Source: Corallochytrium limacisporum Hawaii
Taxonomy: Eukaryota; Protista; Pluriformea
Direction: 5' to 3'
DNA: 64,000 bases
NCBI GenBank assembly: GCA_002811645.1
Contig: PDIP01000026.1
Span: forward strand, 230,065-294,064
Shown: positions 10,512-22,682 of the stretch, piece after piece
Layout of the letters: each line of letters starts with the position of its first letter
How positions within the stretch are numbered: position 1 is the first letter of the stretch
Made by a program: the position numbers and the translations under genes
The notes under the pieces: generated by a model
What the model was told of the DNA's origin: nothing
The model's database searches: none
The model's input: the letters and a program-made list of their open reading frames with translations, nothing else

Positions 10512-13500
10512 ATGGCGTCGCTATATTCCCTTAGCAAGACGGTGATACCGTCAACGACAGTGAACAATGGTACACCATGCTGGATCTTGCCACATGAAAG
10601 GAGGCGAAGCGATTTCGAGACACAAATTGCGCTCGCGAAGCACAACGTCCTGGACATTTTGGACGTCAGAAAAGTTGGGACAGGGGGCGTAAAGCTGAGT
10701 TTATTTGCACGTTTCACTTTCCCTACAGAAATTTTTAATGTCTATCGGGTCGCACGTCCTTTTCTTCCGAAGGATCAGAACTGTGATGTCCTTTTATTGC
10801 ACATGCGGGATGACAACTTTGCATGCGTTGAGTATGACCCATCTCGTCACGATTTGCGAAACGTTTCGTTGCACCATTTTGGTTATGCCGCCGTGTATGG
10901 GGGAAGACGGCATTTACAGGGACCCAAATTTATGCGCATGGACCCATTGAACAAAGTTCTGGTCTCCATGCTGGGTAGTCGACGATTGGCCGTGTTTCCT
11001 GTGCTCGATGAAAGCGATGATACATTGACCCAGGCCGAACTGAGCGGGAAGGTGCGCGGACCCGTATTTGGCGCCACCTATTTGTTAAACTTGGATTCGA
11101 TTGTTGAAGAGACCGGTGTGATTATGGACATGTGTTTTCTGCATGGTTACACGATCCCAACATTGGCCATTCTGCAAGAAGCCAACACACCTGCGTGGAG
11201 TGGAAAGCTGAACCCGTCGAACGATAGCATGACCATTTCGGTCATTTCATTTGACTTAGCATTACGGAAACATACCGTAATTTGGAGTGTAAAGCGGTTG
11301 CCGTATGATTGTTTGGCAATTGAACCAGTACCGAGACCTTTGGGGGGTTTGTTGCTGTTGTGCAAGAGTGCGTGTGTGTACCTTGACCAGGGAAAGCCCC
11401 CACTCGGTGTCTTCCTCAATCACACTTGCGCCACCAAGTACCCAGACCTCAATCTCACTGCAAACAAATCAAAACCTTTCCGGCTTGTCGATCCACGGTT
11501 GCACCGGTTGGATATGGACCGGTATGTCATTGGGACTGCGACTGGTGAGATATTTTCAGTTCGACTGCACGGCGATAGTCGAACATGTCGGGGAATGCAG
11601 GTTCAAAAAGTTGGACAGAGCGTACCATGCACTGAAATGTTCCGCGTTGATGACGATCACGTTTTTATTGTCAGTCAGTCCGGCAACAGCATGCTGGTAA
11701 AGGTGGTGAAACAGTACGGCAGTGGCACCGAGGTCAAAACTGAGGAGCAGAACGGTGAAGAAGATGGACCGTCTGTCAAGAAGCTGAAGTTGGATGATGT
11801 TAAGATCAAAGAAGAAGACGCAGACGGGGACGATGAGGATGAAAGACTCTTCTATGATGATGAAGAGGACAACCGGGGCCGTAGCAATGGAACAGTAGGT
11901 GGCACTGGATCCGAGTTTGTCTACACATTCCAAGTCCAGGACCAGATCCTTAATTTGGGGCCGGTCAAGGGCGTGTCCATCGGTGAGCGCCTGAACATTA
12001 GCCGCAGTTTTATGGACGAGACGAACCCACAGGTTGACTACGTTGCAACCGCCGGAGGTGGCCGTAGTGGTTCACTGCTGGTTGTCAGTATGCACCATAT
12101 TCCTCAGGTTGTCACGACCTTCGAGCTGCCCACTTACTACAGTGTCTTCAGTGTTCCGGGAGCGGCGAGTTCGGTCAGTGACGCCTATAGCGGCAACACT
12201 GCGCCCACGTCCCTCATTCCCCATCACACGCATTTACTGCTCAGTAGCAACTCTCGAACAGCTGTTTTGAGCTGTGGTGATGAGTTTACAGAGGTGAACA
12301 ACGTAGGTTTCGTGCAGACGGAGTCCACAATTGGTCTGGTGCAGGTGCACCGGGTCAAGAATTGGGTGGTGCAAATCACAAAAACGCGCTTGGTGCTGAT
12401 TGATGTGCCGGGGAAAAAGAAGCTGAGTGAGACCAATCTGCCGGCTGGAAAGACTCTCCGGAATTATAGCGGTGCTGGCCACCGCGTCCTCCTAGTATGG
12501 CATGATGGTAGCATAACCTTGGCTGAAGTAAACATCACGGCCAAGGGTAGGAGCAAACCTAAGGTCGGTCTCACCGATGTGGCCTCGAATCTGGCAGACA
12601 TGACAGCTGTGTTCATGTACTTCGACGAAGATGGGTTCCTCGGTGGCTGGCAGGACCGCTTTCATGCCGAAGGAGTGTCAGCGGGAGCGAAAGGAGCTGC
12701 CGGTAAGGCTACCGACAAGGATGGAGCGGCGCCCACAACGCAGGAGGACGACCTGGACGACGAGGATGCCCTGTTGTACGGCGATGACGACGATGATGAT
12801 GCCGTACCAGTAGGTGCCAAAGAGGATGAAGAGGATGACAGAACTGTGAAGGATGAAGGCAAAGGTATCGAAGCACATTCCCACCGTGCCACGTATATTT
12901 TCGGTATCACCAAGGACGATCGACTGACTATTGTGTCCCTTCCAGACTTTGAAGTCGTCTATCGGTCCAATTCTATGCAAAACAATGTTAAATGCCTGCG
13001 CAATCTGAAGATTGGTGCGAAAGCGCTTGACATTCCGGACGCGCATCTCGATGAGGATGCCAAGCTCTCTCCGCCGGTGGAGATCTGTGTGGCCCCCATG
13101 GGCTTCAGGTCTCGTCCCGTCGTGATCGTGTTGCGTGCCTCTGGACAGCTGAATATGTTCGAAGCGATCGATTTCGTCCCTCACTATGTTGACATTCAGG
13201 CGCTTAGGAGTCTGCAGACCGATGTGTCCACCGTTGCCGATGACAACCATGACCGGCCCACAAAGGGAGCTGTCCCCCTGCGGTTCATTTCGGTCGGTTC
13301 CGACTATCTGCGTCAATTGGATACGTCGGAGGCGGATGATGAGGCACAGAAAGTCTTCTTCAACCCCGAAGAAGAGGACGATGTCATGAAGGCGCAGACA
13401 GAGATGAAGGAAGCCAAGAAATTCAAGGGTGTAAACCTGTTGGTGCCCTTTACCAAACTAGCTGCATCAGACGGCAGCCGCATCCGGGGTGCTTTGGTGC

Positions 13501-15014
13501 TTGGAGAGTATCCGACATGGGTCTTCCTCACGAATAAGAACGGTGCGCAGGTACAGCCGATTGCACTGGAAGCATCCGTGCAATCTTTTGCCCCACTTCA
13601 CAACGTCAATGTGCCTTTCGGCTACTGCTACTTCAATGCTCGCGGGTCGCTGAGGATCTGCCAGATTCGCAGCAACAGTCTCACGCAATTTCCGCTGCCT
13701 CTGCTCAAGGTACCCTTGCGCAGCAATAGCCACGGCCTGGCGTACCATCCGGAATCCAAGACCTACGTCGTCATCACTAGCACGCCACAGAGATGGAAGG
13801 ATGCGCCTCGCATGAACAACGAAGAACGCCTGCGGGAAGTCCGCGAGGAGGAGGAGTTGCCGGAGATGTTCGCATATCCCACAGAAGAAGTCTACACAGT
13901 AAAACTGGTCTCACCTCTGAACTGGACGGTCATTGATGAGCACGAAATGCGGCCCCTAGAGCGAGTGGTGGACGTAAAGGCGGTCAGCCTCAAGTCCCAG
14001 ACCGCTGGAGGTCAGCTTCGTGAATTTGTAGCCGTGTCCACAGTGGGTGCGGCCGGCGAAGCCTGCAGTGCTCGGGGTCGGGTGCTGATTTTCCAGATCA
14101 TTGCCGTAAACCCACAGCCAGGTCGTCCCGAAACGAATCACAAGCTTAAATTGCTCTACGACAAGGAGCAACGTGGTCCAGTGACGCAGATCCATGATTG
14201 TGGGGGCCATCTTATGACCAACATCGGCCAGAAGATCATTGTGCAGGAATTCGAGGATAGTGGAGATACGAAGCTCAGCGGACGTGCGTTCGTGGACACA
14301 CAGATATACCTGAACAATATCATTGTGCACGGTCAGGTAGCAGCGGTTAGTGACATTTATTGTGGGGTTCGCCTACTACACTACGCACAAGAAGATAAGA
14401 CCTTGGCCCTCGCGTCCCGGGACCCCCACCATCGTCTGACCTACCACCTGAATTGGTTCGTGGAGGGCAAGAATCTCGCCATCCTGTCCACCGACGAAGA
14501 TGGCAACTGTTACGTACAGACCTACGAGCCGCTGAACACGGAAACGGATTTTGGAAGCTATTTATACCCGCGCATTGCCTTCAACATCGGTGATGCCTAC
14601 GGTGCAGGCACGCGCTATCGTTGTAATCCTTCCATAGACCCGAAGACCGGCCAAGTCCGTCTCTCGACCCGCCATGCCAACCTCCTAGGCAGCGTGTCCG
14701 GTTCATTCGCAGTGGTCCTGCCTATCCCGGAAAAGTCTTACCGCCGTCTGAACTTTATGCAAAACAAACTGCGTGATGTCATTGAACCGTTGGCTGGCCT
14801 AAACTTCAAGGGTGCTCGCCTTTTGAGAAGCAAAGACCGCAGCTTGAGTGGCACCATGGCCAACTACATTGACGGAGATCTGGTCTGGCGTTTCCGCAAT
14901 CTCCCAAGCCGCATTCAGTCCAACCTAGCGAAACAATACGGCACCAAAATTGCCACTATCATGGACGAGGATCTCCTGGCCACCCAGAGAGCTTTCCGTC
15001 CATCTGCGCTGTAA
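10512..15014 (+). CDS. CPSF1: Cleavage and polyadenylation specificity factor 160 kDa subunit (CPSF160/Cft1)
   Basis: About 1500 aa triple beta-propeller. Motifs LRNVSLHHF, DMCFLHGYTIPTLAIL, LPYDC..I.PVP.PLGGLL, FAPLHNVN...G..YFN, YHPESKTY, PQPGRPET..KLK and AGLN.K..R...IDGDLVW.F. ATG at 10512. Confidence 0.93.
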   Translation: MASLYSLSKTVIPSTTVNNGTPCWILPHERRRSDFETQIALAKHNVLDILDVRKVGTGGVKLSLFARFTFPTEIFNVYRVARPFLPKDQNCDVLLLHMRDDNFACVEYDPSRHDLRNVSLHHFGYAAVYGGRRHLQGPKFMRMDPLNKVLVSMLGSRRLAVFPVLDESDDTLTQAELSGKVRGPVFGATYLLNLDSIVEETGVIMDMCFLHGYTIPTLAILQEANTPAWSGKLNPSNDSMTISVISFDLALRKHTVIWSVKRLPYDCLAIEPVPRPLGGLLLLCKSACVYLDQGKPPLGVFLNHTCATKYPDLNLTANKSKPFRLVDPRLHRLDMDRYVIGTATGEIFSVRLHGDSRTCRGMQVQKVGQSVPCTEMFRVDDDHVFIVSQSGNSMLVKVVKQYGSGTEVKTEEQNGEEDGPSVKKLKLDDVKIKEEDADGDDEDERLFYDDEEDNRGRSNGTVGGTGSEFVYTFQVQDQILNLGPVKGVSIGERLNISRSFMDETNPQVDYVATAGGGRSGSLLVVSMHHIPQVVTTFELPTYYSVFSVPGAASSVSDAYSGNTAPTSLIPHHTHLLLSSNSRTAVLSCGDEFTEVNNVGFVQTESTIGLVQVHRVKNWVVQITKTRLVLIDVPGKKKLSETNLPAGKTLRNYSGAGHRVLLVWHDGSITLAEVNITAKGRSKPKVGLTDVASNLADMTAVFMYFDEDGFLGGWQDRFHAEGVSAGAKGAAGKATDKDGAAPTTQEDDLDDEDALLYGDDDDDDAVPVGAKEDEEDDRTVKDEGKGIEAHSHRATYIFGITKDDRLTIVSLPDFEVVYRSNSMQNNVKCLRNLKIGAKALDIPDAHLDEDAKLSPPVEICVAPMGFRSRPVVIVLRASGQLNMFEAIDFVPHYVDIQALRSLQTDVSTVADDNHDRPTKGAVPLRFISVGSDYLRQLDTSEADDEAQKVFFNPEEEDDVMKAQTEMKEAKKFKGVNLLVPFTKLAASDGSRIRGALVLGEYPTWVFLTNKNGAQVQPIALEASVQSFAPLHNVNVPFGYCYFNARGSLRICQIRSNSLTQFPLPLLKVPLRSNSHGLAYHPESKTYVVITSTPQRWKDAPRMNNEERLREVREEEELPEMFAYPTEEVYTVKLVSPLNWTVIDEHEMRPLERVVDVKAVSLKSQTAGGQLREFVAVSTVGAAGEACSARGRVLIFQIIAVNPQPGRPETNHKLKLLYDKEQRGPVTQIHDCGGHLMTNIGQKIIVQEFEDSGDTKLSGRAFVDTQIYLNNIIVHGQVAAVSDIYCGVRLLHYAQEDKTLALASRDPHHRLTYHLNWFVEGKNLAILSTDEDGNCYVQTYEPLNTETDFGSYLYPRIAFNIGDAYGAGTRYRCNPSIDPKTGQVRLSTRHANLLGSVSGSFAVVLPIPEKSYRRLNFMQNKLRDVIEPLAGLNFKGARLLRSKDRSLSGTMANYIDGDLVWRFRNLPSRIQSNLAKQYGTKIATIMDEDLLATQRAFRPSAL

Positions 15015-15363
15015 ATGCGTTCAAACATTTTCGTAGAATAGATTCGAACTAAACTCGACGTCCATATCACTCGCGCCGAGGGTCCCCGTACCCTCCTTCC
15101 GTCCCTACCCACCCGCGATACCTCTCCCTCTCTCTCTCTTCCCTCTCCCTCGTTCTTTCCCGCCAACAGAACCAACCCACCCGCGTGGCGTAATTCGATG
15201 AATGGTTGGTAGCGCAAGCAAAGACCGGGGCGACGCCCCGCAGTGTATCCACCGCGGGCCTGTGCTTTCTTGTGCGGCGGGTATACGAGCAAAGGTTGCG
15301 CTCTCATTTGCGTTTCTTGGCGCGGTGAACGTATACACACAGCCGAAGTAGCGAGAGAGTGTC

Positions 15364-15384
15364 GCACACACACACGCATGCACG

Positions 15385-15442
<58 letters not shown>

Positions 15443-15595
15443 NNNNNNNNNNNNNNNNNNNNNNNNNNNNNNNNNNNNNNNNNNNNNNNNNNNNNNNNNN
15501 NNNNNNNNNNNNNNNNNNNNNNNNNNNNNNNNNNNNNNNNNNNNNNNNNNNNNNNNNNNNNNNNNNNNNNNNNNNNNNNNNNNNNNNNNNGCACG

Positions 15596-15653
<58 letters not shown>
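15364..15653. repeat. (CA)n microsatellite spanning assembly gap 15443-15590
   Basis: Directly visible CA tract on both sides of the N run. Confidence 0.95.
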
Positions 15654-15656
<3 letters not shown>

Positions 15657-16208
15657 ACAGAGTACGCCGGGGAAAAATGGGGGGCATTACCCAAAAACCC
15701 CTCTCTCGCCGCCGCCCTTGGGCGCGCGCCAATCTCGACCCGGCCCCTTCCTTCAACACACGCGGAACAGGGGCCTTGGGGGGGGGGGGGGGGGGGGAAG
15801 GGATCCAAAAGGCAATGACGTGACCCGCCCCGTGTATTCACTATGGAAGTGTCCGTTTCAAAACGAAGAAAAAGAAAGAACGAAGAACTGCCAAACGGGC
15901 TTTCCTCCTCCCCCGGCCCCCCCCCGGGGGGGGATGTGACCACAGCGTCTCTCCACTTTTTCATAATAAAACAATGGAATCAGAGCAGAACACTCATAGG
16001 TCCCAACCACAAAATCCCTACTTTTTGTAAAAAATATGGAAACTCCCGTCTGTCTCTAATCTCCTCCATCCTTCCTCCTCCCGGCCGGTTTCCGGCGTTC
16101 GACGCAGCAGGCCCGCCCCCCGGGAGAGAGAGAGAGAGAGGGAGAGAGTTTTTTCCGGAAGGAAAGAAGGAAAAAGGAAGTAAGGAAAAAAAAATTGGGA
16201 CAAAAAAG

Positions 16209-16209
<1 letters not shown>

Positions 16210-16267
<58 letters not shown>
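16210..16267. repeat. (CA)n microsatellite
   Basis: Directly visible. Confidence 0.95.
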
Positions 16268-16268
<1 letters not shown>

Positions 16269-16696
16269 TCTTTCATCACGGACAGGTTGTGTAAACAAAT
16301 GAGTAAGAGGGGCATGCGAGTGTGTAGATGTGGCTATGTTTAAGCACCGGTGTACGGGATGCGAAAGAGATGGGAACGACATGCGACCATTGGGGCAGTG
16401 AGCATTGCTGGTGCATTTGACATGATAGCGATGAGGTAGCGGGGCGGGGTTTTGTGCGCTGTGCGTAGCCAAGACATCGCTAATGGTACGAAGGATTTCG
16501 TATTCATAATACTGGAAGTTTGTGTGTTTGCCATGGATATCCGCGCAGCGCATTGGCACACATCAGCGCTTTTCCTCAAGTTGTGTCCCCAATCTTTTCT
16601 GTGCTGCCGTTTGTGATTCTGTTACTGCCAAGTCGACACATCCGCAACGTCTTTACGGAATGTGGTTCAGCAATCCAAACATTCAATATCAATACC

Positions 16697-16697
16697 G

Positions 16698-16728
<31 letters not shown>

Positions 16729-16762
16729 CATCATCTTCACCACCACCATCGTCATCTTCATG
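16697..16762. repeat. (CAT)n trinucleotide microsatellite, degenerating 3'
   Basis: Directly visible; generates spurious poly-H/I/D/M ORFs. Confidence 0.9.
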
Positions 16763-17307
16763 ATCGAGCAAGAGCTTATGATATTGCCTGCCGGCGACAT
16801 CAATCACCCGCGAGCGGTCGAGTGTGCTGACACACAAGAATTTGGATCGCATCGATCGTCAAGGGCTGCTAGCGGTATTGTTGGCACAGCAGTCCGACCC
16901 CCACCGCTGCCGTTTTCCTCGTACCGCCGCAGGACAACCCTTCATACGGAATACCAAAAGCAATTTGCCATGGCCATTCGTCCTGCCAGTTGATTTCCAG
17001 TGATGAACATATTTGCAAAACCATTGCCTTTTAGTGGTCCACAACTGTGCCTCTTCACCATTTTCGTTTTCGGTCGTCCGTTCCTTGTGGTTTTCCGGAT
17101 TCTTAGCGGGTCATTTGAAGACGCATGGCTTTGGCTTTTGCACAGTGCGCGCGCGGTCTTCTTAAAATGTTTGCTGTTGCTGCCCAAAGGTTGTTGTGTG
17201 CCCAAACAAAATGTCCAGGGTGTGCGATCCGGACGGGTCTGTGGCTGTGTCACGAGCAGAGGGGCTAAAGTTTACGAAGGGCGGACCTCGAGACACCCAC
17301 CCACACA

Positions 17308-17308
17308 G

Positions 17309-17340
<32 letters not shown>

Positions 17341-17341
17341 G

Positions 17342-17399
<58 letters not shown>

Positions 17400-17484
17400 N
17401 NNNNNNNNNNNNNNNNNNNNNNNNNNNNNNNNNNNNNNNNNNNNNNNNNNNNNNNNNNNNNNNNNNNNNNNNNNNNNNNNNNNN

Positions 17485-17540
<56 letters not shown>

Positions 17541-17547
17541 CACACAC
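17308..17547. repeat. (CA)n microsatellite spanning assembly gap 17400-17484
   Basis: Directly visible. Confidence 0.95.
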
Positions 17548-19129
17548 GCTCTCACGCTCTCTTCTCTCTTCTCGCGCTTGCTCTCTCGCTTGGACGAAAG
17601 TTGCGGCGGTGGGGAATGTGGCACCGGCACTCGGCCGGCCACAAGCCAAAACGAGAAAACATAAAATGTCCGACGCCCATCCTTCCTTGGGCAACGTCTG
17701 CTGGTTTATTTTCTTTTTGGGCACGGGCCGGAGGTATGTTGCCGGCTTGGAAAATATTTTAGAACCTTTAATACCGGCTGTGCGGCTGGGAGAGAGCCAT
17801 TTGGTCACGCGAAGTGGAGACGGGAGGAAGTGTGTTGGATTTTACGAGTTCGGCCAGGAGGGCACGGGCGTGTCAGGCTATACAGCTAAGGCCCAGCTCT
17901 GCCAGGCAAACGGCTTTCTCCTTTAGGGTGTCGACGCGCCGAGTTTAGAGTAATGCCTGGGCTCGTGTTCTGATCCCAAGAACAGAACACTCCCCCCGAA
18001 TTGTTGCGTTTGCTTGTCACAGTGCGTAAAACTGTGCAACCAAACCGGAACCGAGAGCCGCAGTGGCACCCGTTCACAAAGACATACAGCTGCGAAGCGG
18101 AGACAAAGAGGGCAAACGAACGTCCCTATGCGGTCTCTTGAAACTTGTTGCTTGCGATCTTGGTTTGATGGATGCATGGCGAATTGATTAGCTGCACCGA
18201 TGGTTTCCCCTCGTTTCGTCCGAATGAACACCCGAGACCGGGCCGAGTGGGCGACTGGGGAATCCTCTTCCGGTAATGTGCGTTGCATCATCAGTATCAT
18301 AGTCACCATCACTTTCCCTATTCAAGACAAGGGTACTACCACCCAAGATTTGCTGGATCCTTTGCTACGAATGGCCATGTTCCAACATGTTTGTGACCCC
18401 AACCCCCCGGGGGCCTCTGTGCAAACCATCCAATCCCAACCGGTCCCATGGCGAACGGACATCTGCCATAGGTCTGAACCGTAGGTATACTCGCAGCCCA
18501 CTGTCCGCTGTCCTCTCCTTGGAACTTCCACAGTACGAGATCAGCACTTCCTCACCAGGACCATAAATGAACCGTGATCGCACATTCTCTCTTTGTGACG
18601 CTTTACGCACCACCGACCAGTCAGTGACGTGTATTCAGTTCCCAGTCGGTGGTGACGTGTATTCAGTACTTGGAACCAAAACCTAAAAAAAAAAAAGGGA
18701 AGGGAAAAAGGAAAAAAAAGGAGAGAAAGAATAAATATTCTCTGGGCTCCAAGGGGAATTTGAGTTTTATCGCTAGAGGGCCCCATCTTCCCTGTCGGCA
18801 AGATGATATCAACATTTTGGCGGCCCTTAAAGGTTATATAGGTCCTATTGTTGCCTCCTGCTCAAGCGACAGTACTAAATATATTACTACTTTTGCACGA
18901 AAGCGGCTAAATCACATGGAATGAACAAAAATCAGAGGGGACCCACGGACCGACCGACTTTGTCGCGGACGGGACACGGCGGGGTGGAAGAAGCGGGCCC
19001 GATCATTGGCTGGGACCAGGGGCAACATTGTGGACTCAGTACATTTAGTATACAGTGGGGCGGGTGCGAAACGGGGGAGGGGAGGAGGGTGGGGCGTTTC
19101 CGACTTTGAAAGGGGCCGCTGCGGCCCCC

Positions 19130-19371
19130 NNNNNNNNNNNNNNNNNNNNNNNNNNNNNNNNNNNNNNNNNNNNNNNNNNNNNNNNNNNNNNNNNNNNNNN
19201 NNNNNNNNNNNNNNNNNNNNNNNNNNNNNNNNNNNNNNNNNNNNNNNNNNNNNNNNNNNNNNNNNNNNNNNNNNNNNNNNNNNNNNNNNNNNNNNNNNNN
19301 NNNNNNNNNNNNNNNNNNNNNNNNNNNNNNNNNNNNNNNNNNNNNNNNNNNNNNNNNNNNNNNNNNNNNNN
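19130..19371. other. Assembly gap flanked by a C run (left) and a G run (right)
   Basis: N run; flanks ...gcggccccc and gggggacg... Confidence 0.95.
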
Positions 19372-19812
19372 NGGGGGACGCGCGCCCCGCCGGGGGAAGG
19401 CGGGCGGTGAGGGGCAGATGTCCAAGCTTGGAGGGGCACGCTGTTGCTCAAAACCCGAACCCGCCGTTCGGATGGTGCGCACGAACGGGTTTTAGTGGGC
19501 CCCGTAATGTGTGTTTTTATTATTTGGGCATCCTTAGTGAATAGACTCCCTTAAGATGTCCATATGGAGCCCTATATTCTGTTTGCCATGGACATGTGTC
19601 GCTCACTCTGGGGGTGTATGTCTCGCCTTCTCACCAGTACGCACCAACAGGATCTTGATATCACACAGTGGGTTCCATGAACATTCGGAACCGACGATGT
19701 TGATGAATTGGTTTATGTGCAGAAACAAAATCATAAAACTCTATGTTGGACAAACTTGCTAAAGCAGATCCGAAAACCTGCATCTGGCCCCAAGATGCAA
19801 ACCTCGACCTTT

Positions 19813-21057
19813 TCAACCAAGGATCTTCTGCAGTCCGGAGATCGCGGTGTCCACCTCGGCCAAAGTGTTGTAGTGGAGCATGGAGATGCGCACGATGCCA
19901 TCATCTGGATCCGGCAGATTGATGGCTTCCAGCAGACGACGACCATAGAAATGGCCACTGGAGCATCCGATGCCCTCCTTTGCCAACTCCTCGTAGACCT
20001 GCTTGGCGGTCTTCGAGGTGTCCTTGAGCCTGATGCCGAAGGTACATACTCGACTCTTGCGGTCACTAGCATCTGTTCCCAGCAGGGACAGGTTTGGATG
20101 ACCGTTCACGAAAGGCACGAACTTCTTGCACAGCGCCTCCTCGTACTCCTCAATGATATCGTAAATGGTGCGGCCTTTGGCAGTCATCTGCCAGGCCACG
20201 CCGTGGTGGTCGGCGAGTGCCTTAAAGTACTGAACTACACCACTGAGGCAGGCTACCATGTCGTGCTGTGGTCCGGCAGGGTTGAGCTTGTACAGAGTGT
20301 TGGTTTCGGGGAAGAAGTAATGTGACTGGTTTGGGGCCTTGACCAGGTTCTCCTTCTTGCCGTACAGGCAAGCCATGTGGGGCCCCATGATCTTGTAGAA
20401 GGAGAAACTGTAGAAGTCACAGTCCCATTCCCTGAGCTGTAACTTGCGGTGCGGTGCTCCTGCCACACCATCGACGAAGGTCACAGCACCGACTTCATGA
20501 GCCAATCGTGAGATCTCCTTAATGTCATTCAGTTCACCAGTCAGATTGGAGGCGTGCGGGAAGGCCACAATCTTGGTGTTCTTATTGAGGAGGCTCTTGA
20601 GCTTGTCGATGGAGATGGTGCCCTTGGCATCCACGGGCCAGTCCACGATCTTCACGCCAGGCACCTCTTTCTCCAAACGGCGCCATGCTCCCGAATTGGC
20701 CTCATGGTTGTTCAGGGCTACAATGATCTCGTCGCCCTCCTTGAGCAGGGCTCCGTAGGCACGGGACATGGTGTACGTAGCGATGCTGGTGGATGGCACT
20801 ATGACTAATTCCTCCACATCAACCCCGACCCATTCAGCAACATCGTCACGGCCACCCTGCATCAGGGCCCCGGCTCTGGCACTACCTGGGTAAGCATAGC
20901 CGGGCTGCACCATGGTACCTCCGGACATGTAGTCGACGATGCTGTCAATGACAGTCTGCGGAACATAGGACCCTCCGGCATTTTCCATAAAGGCGTAACC
21001 GCCAGACCAACACTTGGGCGGGAACTGATCCCGTGAAAATTGAACATCAAATGTCAT
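19813..21057 (-). CDS. PLP-dependent aminotransferase class V, cysteine-desulfurase-like (VC1184-type subfamily)
   Basis: Motifs ENAGGSYVP..VID, NHEANSGAW, VAFPHASNLTG, FVDGVAGAPH, PLP-lysine FSFYKIMGPH, GHFYG and VRISMLHYNT..EVD. Confidence 0.88.
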   Translation of the reverse strand: MTFDVQFSRDQFPPKCWSGGYAFMENAGGSYVPQTVIDSIVDYMSGGTMVQPGYAYPGSARAGALMQGGRDDVAEWVGVDVEELVIVPSTSIATYTMSRAYGALLKEGDEIIVALNNHEANSGAWRRLEKEVPGVKIVDWPVDAKGTISIDKLKSLLNKNTKIVAFPHASNLTGELNDIKEISRLAHEVGAVTFVDGVAGAPHRKLQLREWDCDFYSFSFYKIMGPHMACLYGKKENLVKAPNQSHYFFPETNTLYKLNPAGPQHDMVACLSGVVQYFKALADHHGVAWQMTAKGRTIYDIIEEYEEALCKKFVPFVNGHPNLSLLGTDASDRKSRVCTFGIRLKDTSKTAKQVYEELAKEGIGCSSGHFYGRRLLEAINLPDPDDGIVRISMLHYNTLAEVDTAISGLQKILG

Positions 21058-22682
21058 CCTTTCCCCTTCGCCTAGTTTGACAGGAGATCAACATTTTGTT
21101 TGAGACACACTTCAGATTCGGCTTGCTGCAGTCTGAAATACCTCAATCACGACTGCTAGGAGGAGGAGGTACCGCACAATTTTGCTTCTCTTCGATGCCG
21201 CAGTGATAGCAATCGCACCCTCATGCGTGGCTCAAGAGACTCATTGTGCCACCGCAACCATGCGTCCGTACCCGAAAACCTAGCACAAAGCGAAAACATT
21301 CAAACCCTTTACACACTCCGCGACGACATGAGATATTAACTGTGCAGAGCATAAAGAGACGGATCAACACGGAGATTCCACTCGACCCCACATCCGGATA
21401 AACCGGTTACACTGTCGCCACCACCAAGCTTTGCGCACGTTACAGCTGCTGACACCTCATACCCGCGGGGCACCGGGACATGGAGAGATTGCTCGTTCCC
21501 CGTGGCCCAAAAAACCGCCACTCCTCGCACCCAAACGGGACAAAACCCAACCCGACGGTGGCCCCTCCAGCATACCATTCCCCAGTCACTACGTTCCCCC
21601 CTTGAAACTCTTCGACTTCCCGTCCCGCCTCCCAAAAACGCCTCAGACCCACCTCCCCCCGCCCCTTTTCATTTTTTGCCTCACCTCCCCCCCGGGGGGG
21701 GGGCCCTCCCCCTCGCTAATTTCGCACGACCCGGCAAAAGGTGCAAAGGAACGATTTGTTTTTTCTTTTTTACTTTTTTTTTAATCTCTTGTTTTCTTCG
21801 TTATTTTTTTAATGGCTTTTCTTTTTTTTTTTTTGGTCCAGGAACGCCTCGCACTTTAGGGGAAGTTTCATTTTTCTGTTTTAAATTTCATTTTTTTTAT
21901 CTCTTGGGGTTTCACGGCAGGGAGGATTGGTGGTGGGGGTACTGAATTACTCACTACTTGTCCGGAAAACCCTCCTGGGCTCGTCTCCACTCCCACCTCT
22001 CCCCCACCCGTCCCAAGATATGAAAACCACACTCAGCGTGTGGGCCCAGCGGGTGTAGTCACCTCACACACAACAAAAAAAAAGGAAACACACCCACCCA
22101 AAACAAAACACACATCAACAAACGGGGGCCTAATTTATTCACCCAATAAAAAAGTAAAAATGGACCAAAAAAATAAACACCATAGAGAAAAGGTCTTTCG
22201 CAAAGCCCCCCCCCCCCAGCTCTTTCCCCCGGGGTCCCCTTGGATACACGCCCGGTCAGTATGTACGTCCAGAGAGGTGGTGTTGAAAATACCCGTATTC
22301 TGGCAAGGGCAAGGGTAAGGGAGGGAGGGAAGGGGGGGGGTGTGGGGACGGCCTTCGCGGGGTGCGCGCAGTTGGGTACCAACGTAGTCAGGAAAGGTAC
22401 TCAGGACACTTGGGTCTGGGGTTGAGTGAATCACAGGGGAGATCCCGAAGGAAAGGATTTGGTGGGGAGGGGTCCCCGTTAGAAATCACTCTGCGCAGTC
22501 CCCCCCGGGGGTTGGTTGGTTGGGTGGTTCACGAAGTGTTGCGCGGTGTTTGAATTGTTTTTTTTTGGGTGGGCTATGGGGCAAGTTCATTATTTGTTTA
22601 TGTAGATGTGGGTGCTTTAGATTTTATGGGAACAGTGCGATGGAAATGTGTCTTTCTGATGGGGGATCTGGATGATCCTTCT

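Noticed and set aside
14915-17926. Long ORFs with poly-CV/HT/X, poly-His, poly-Ile or poly-Asp
   Set aside because: Products of CA and CAT microsatellites and N gaps; no domain signal.
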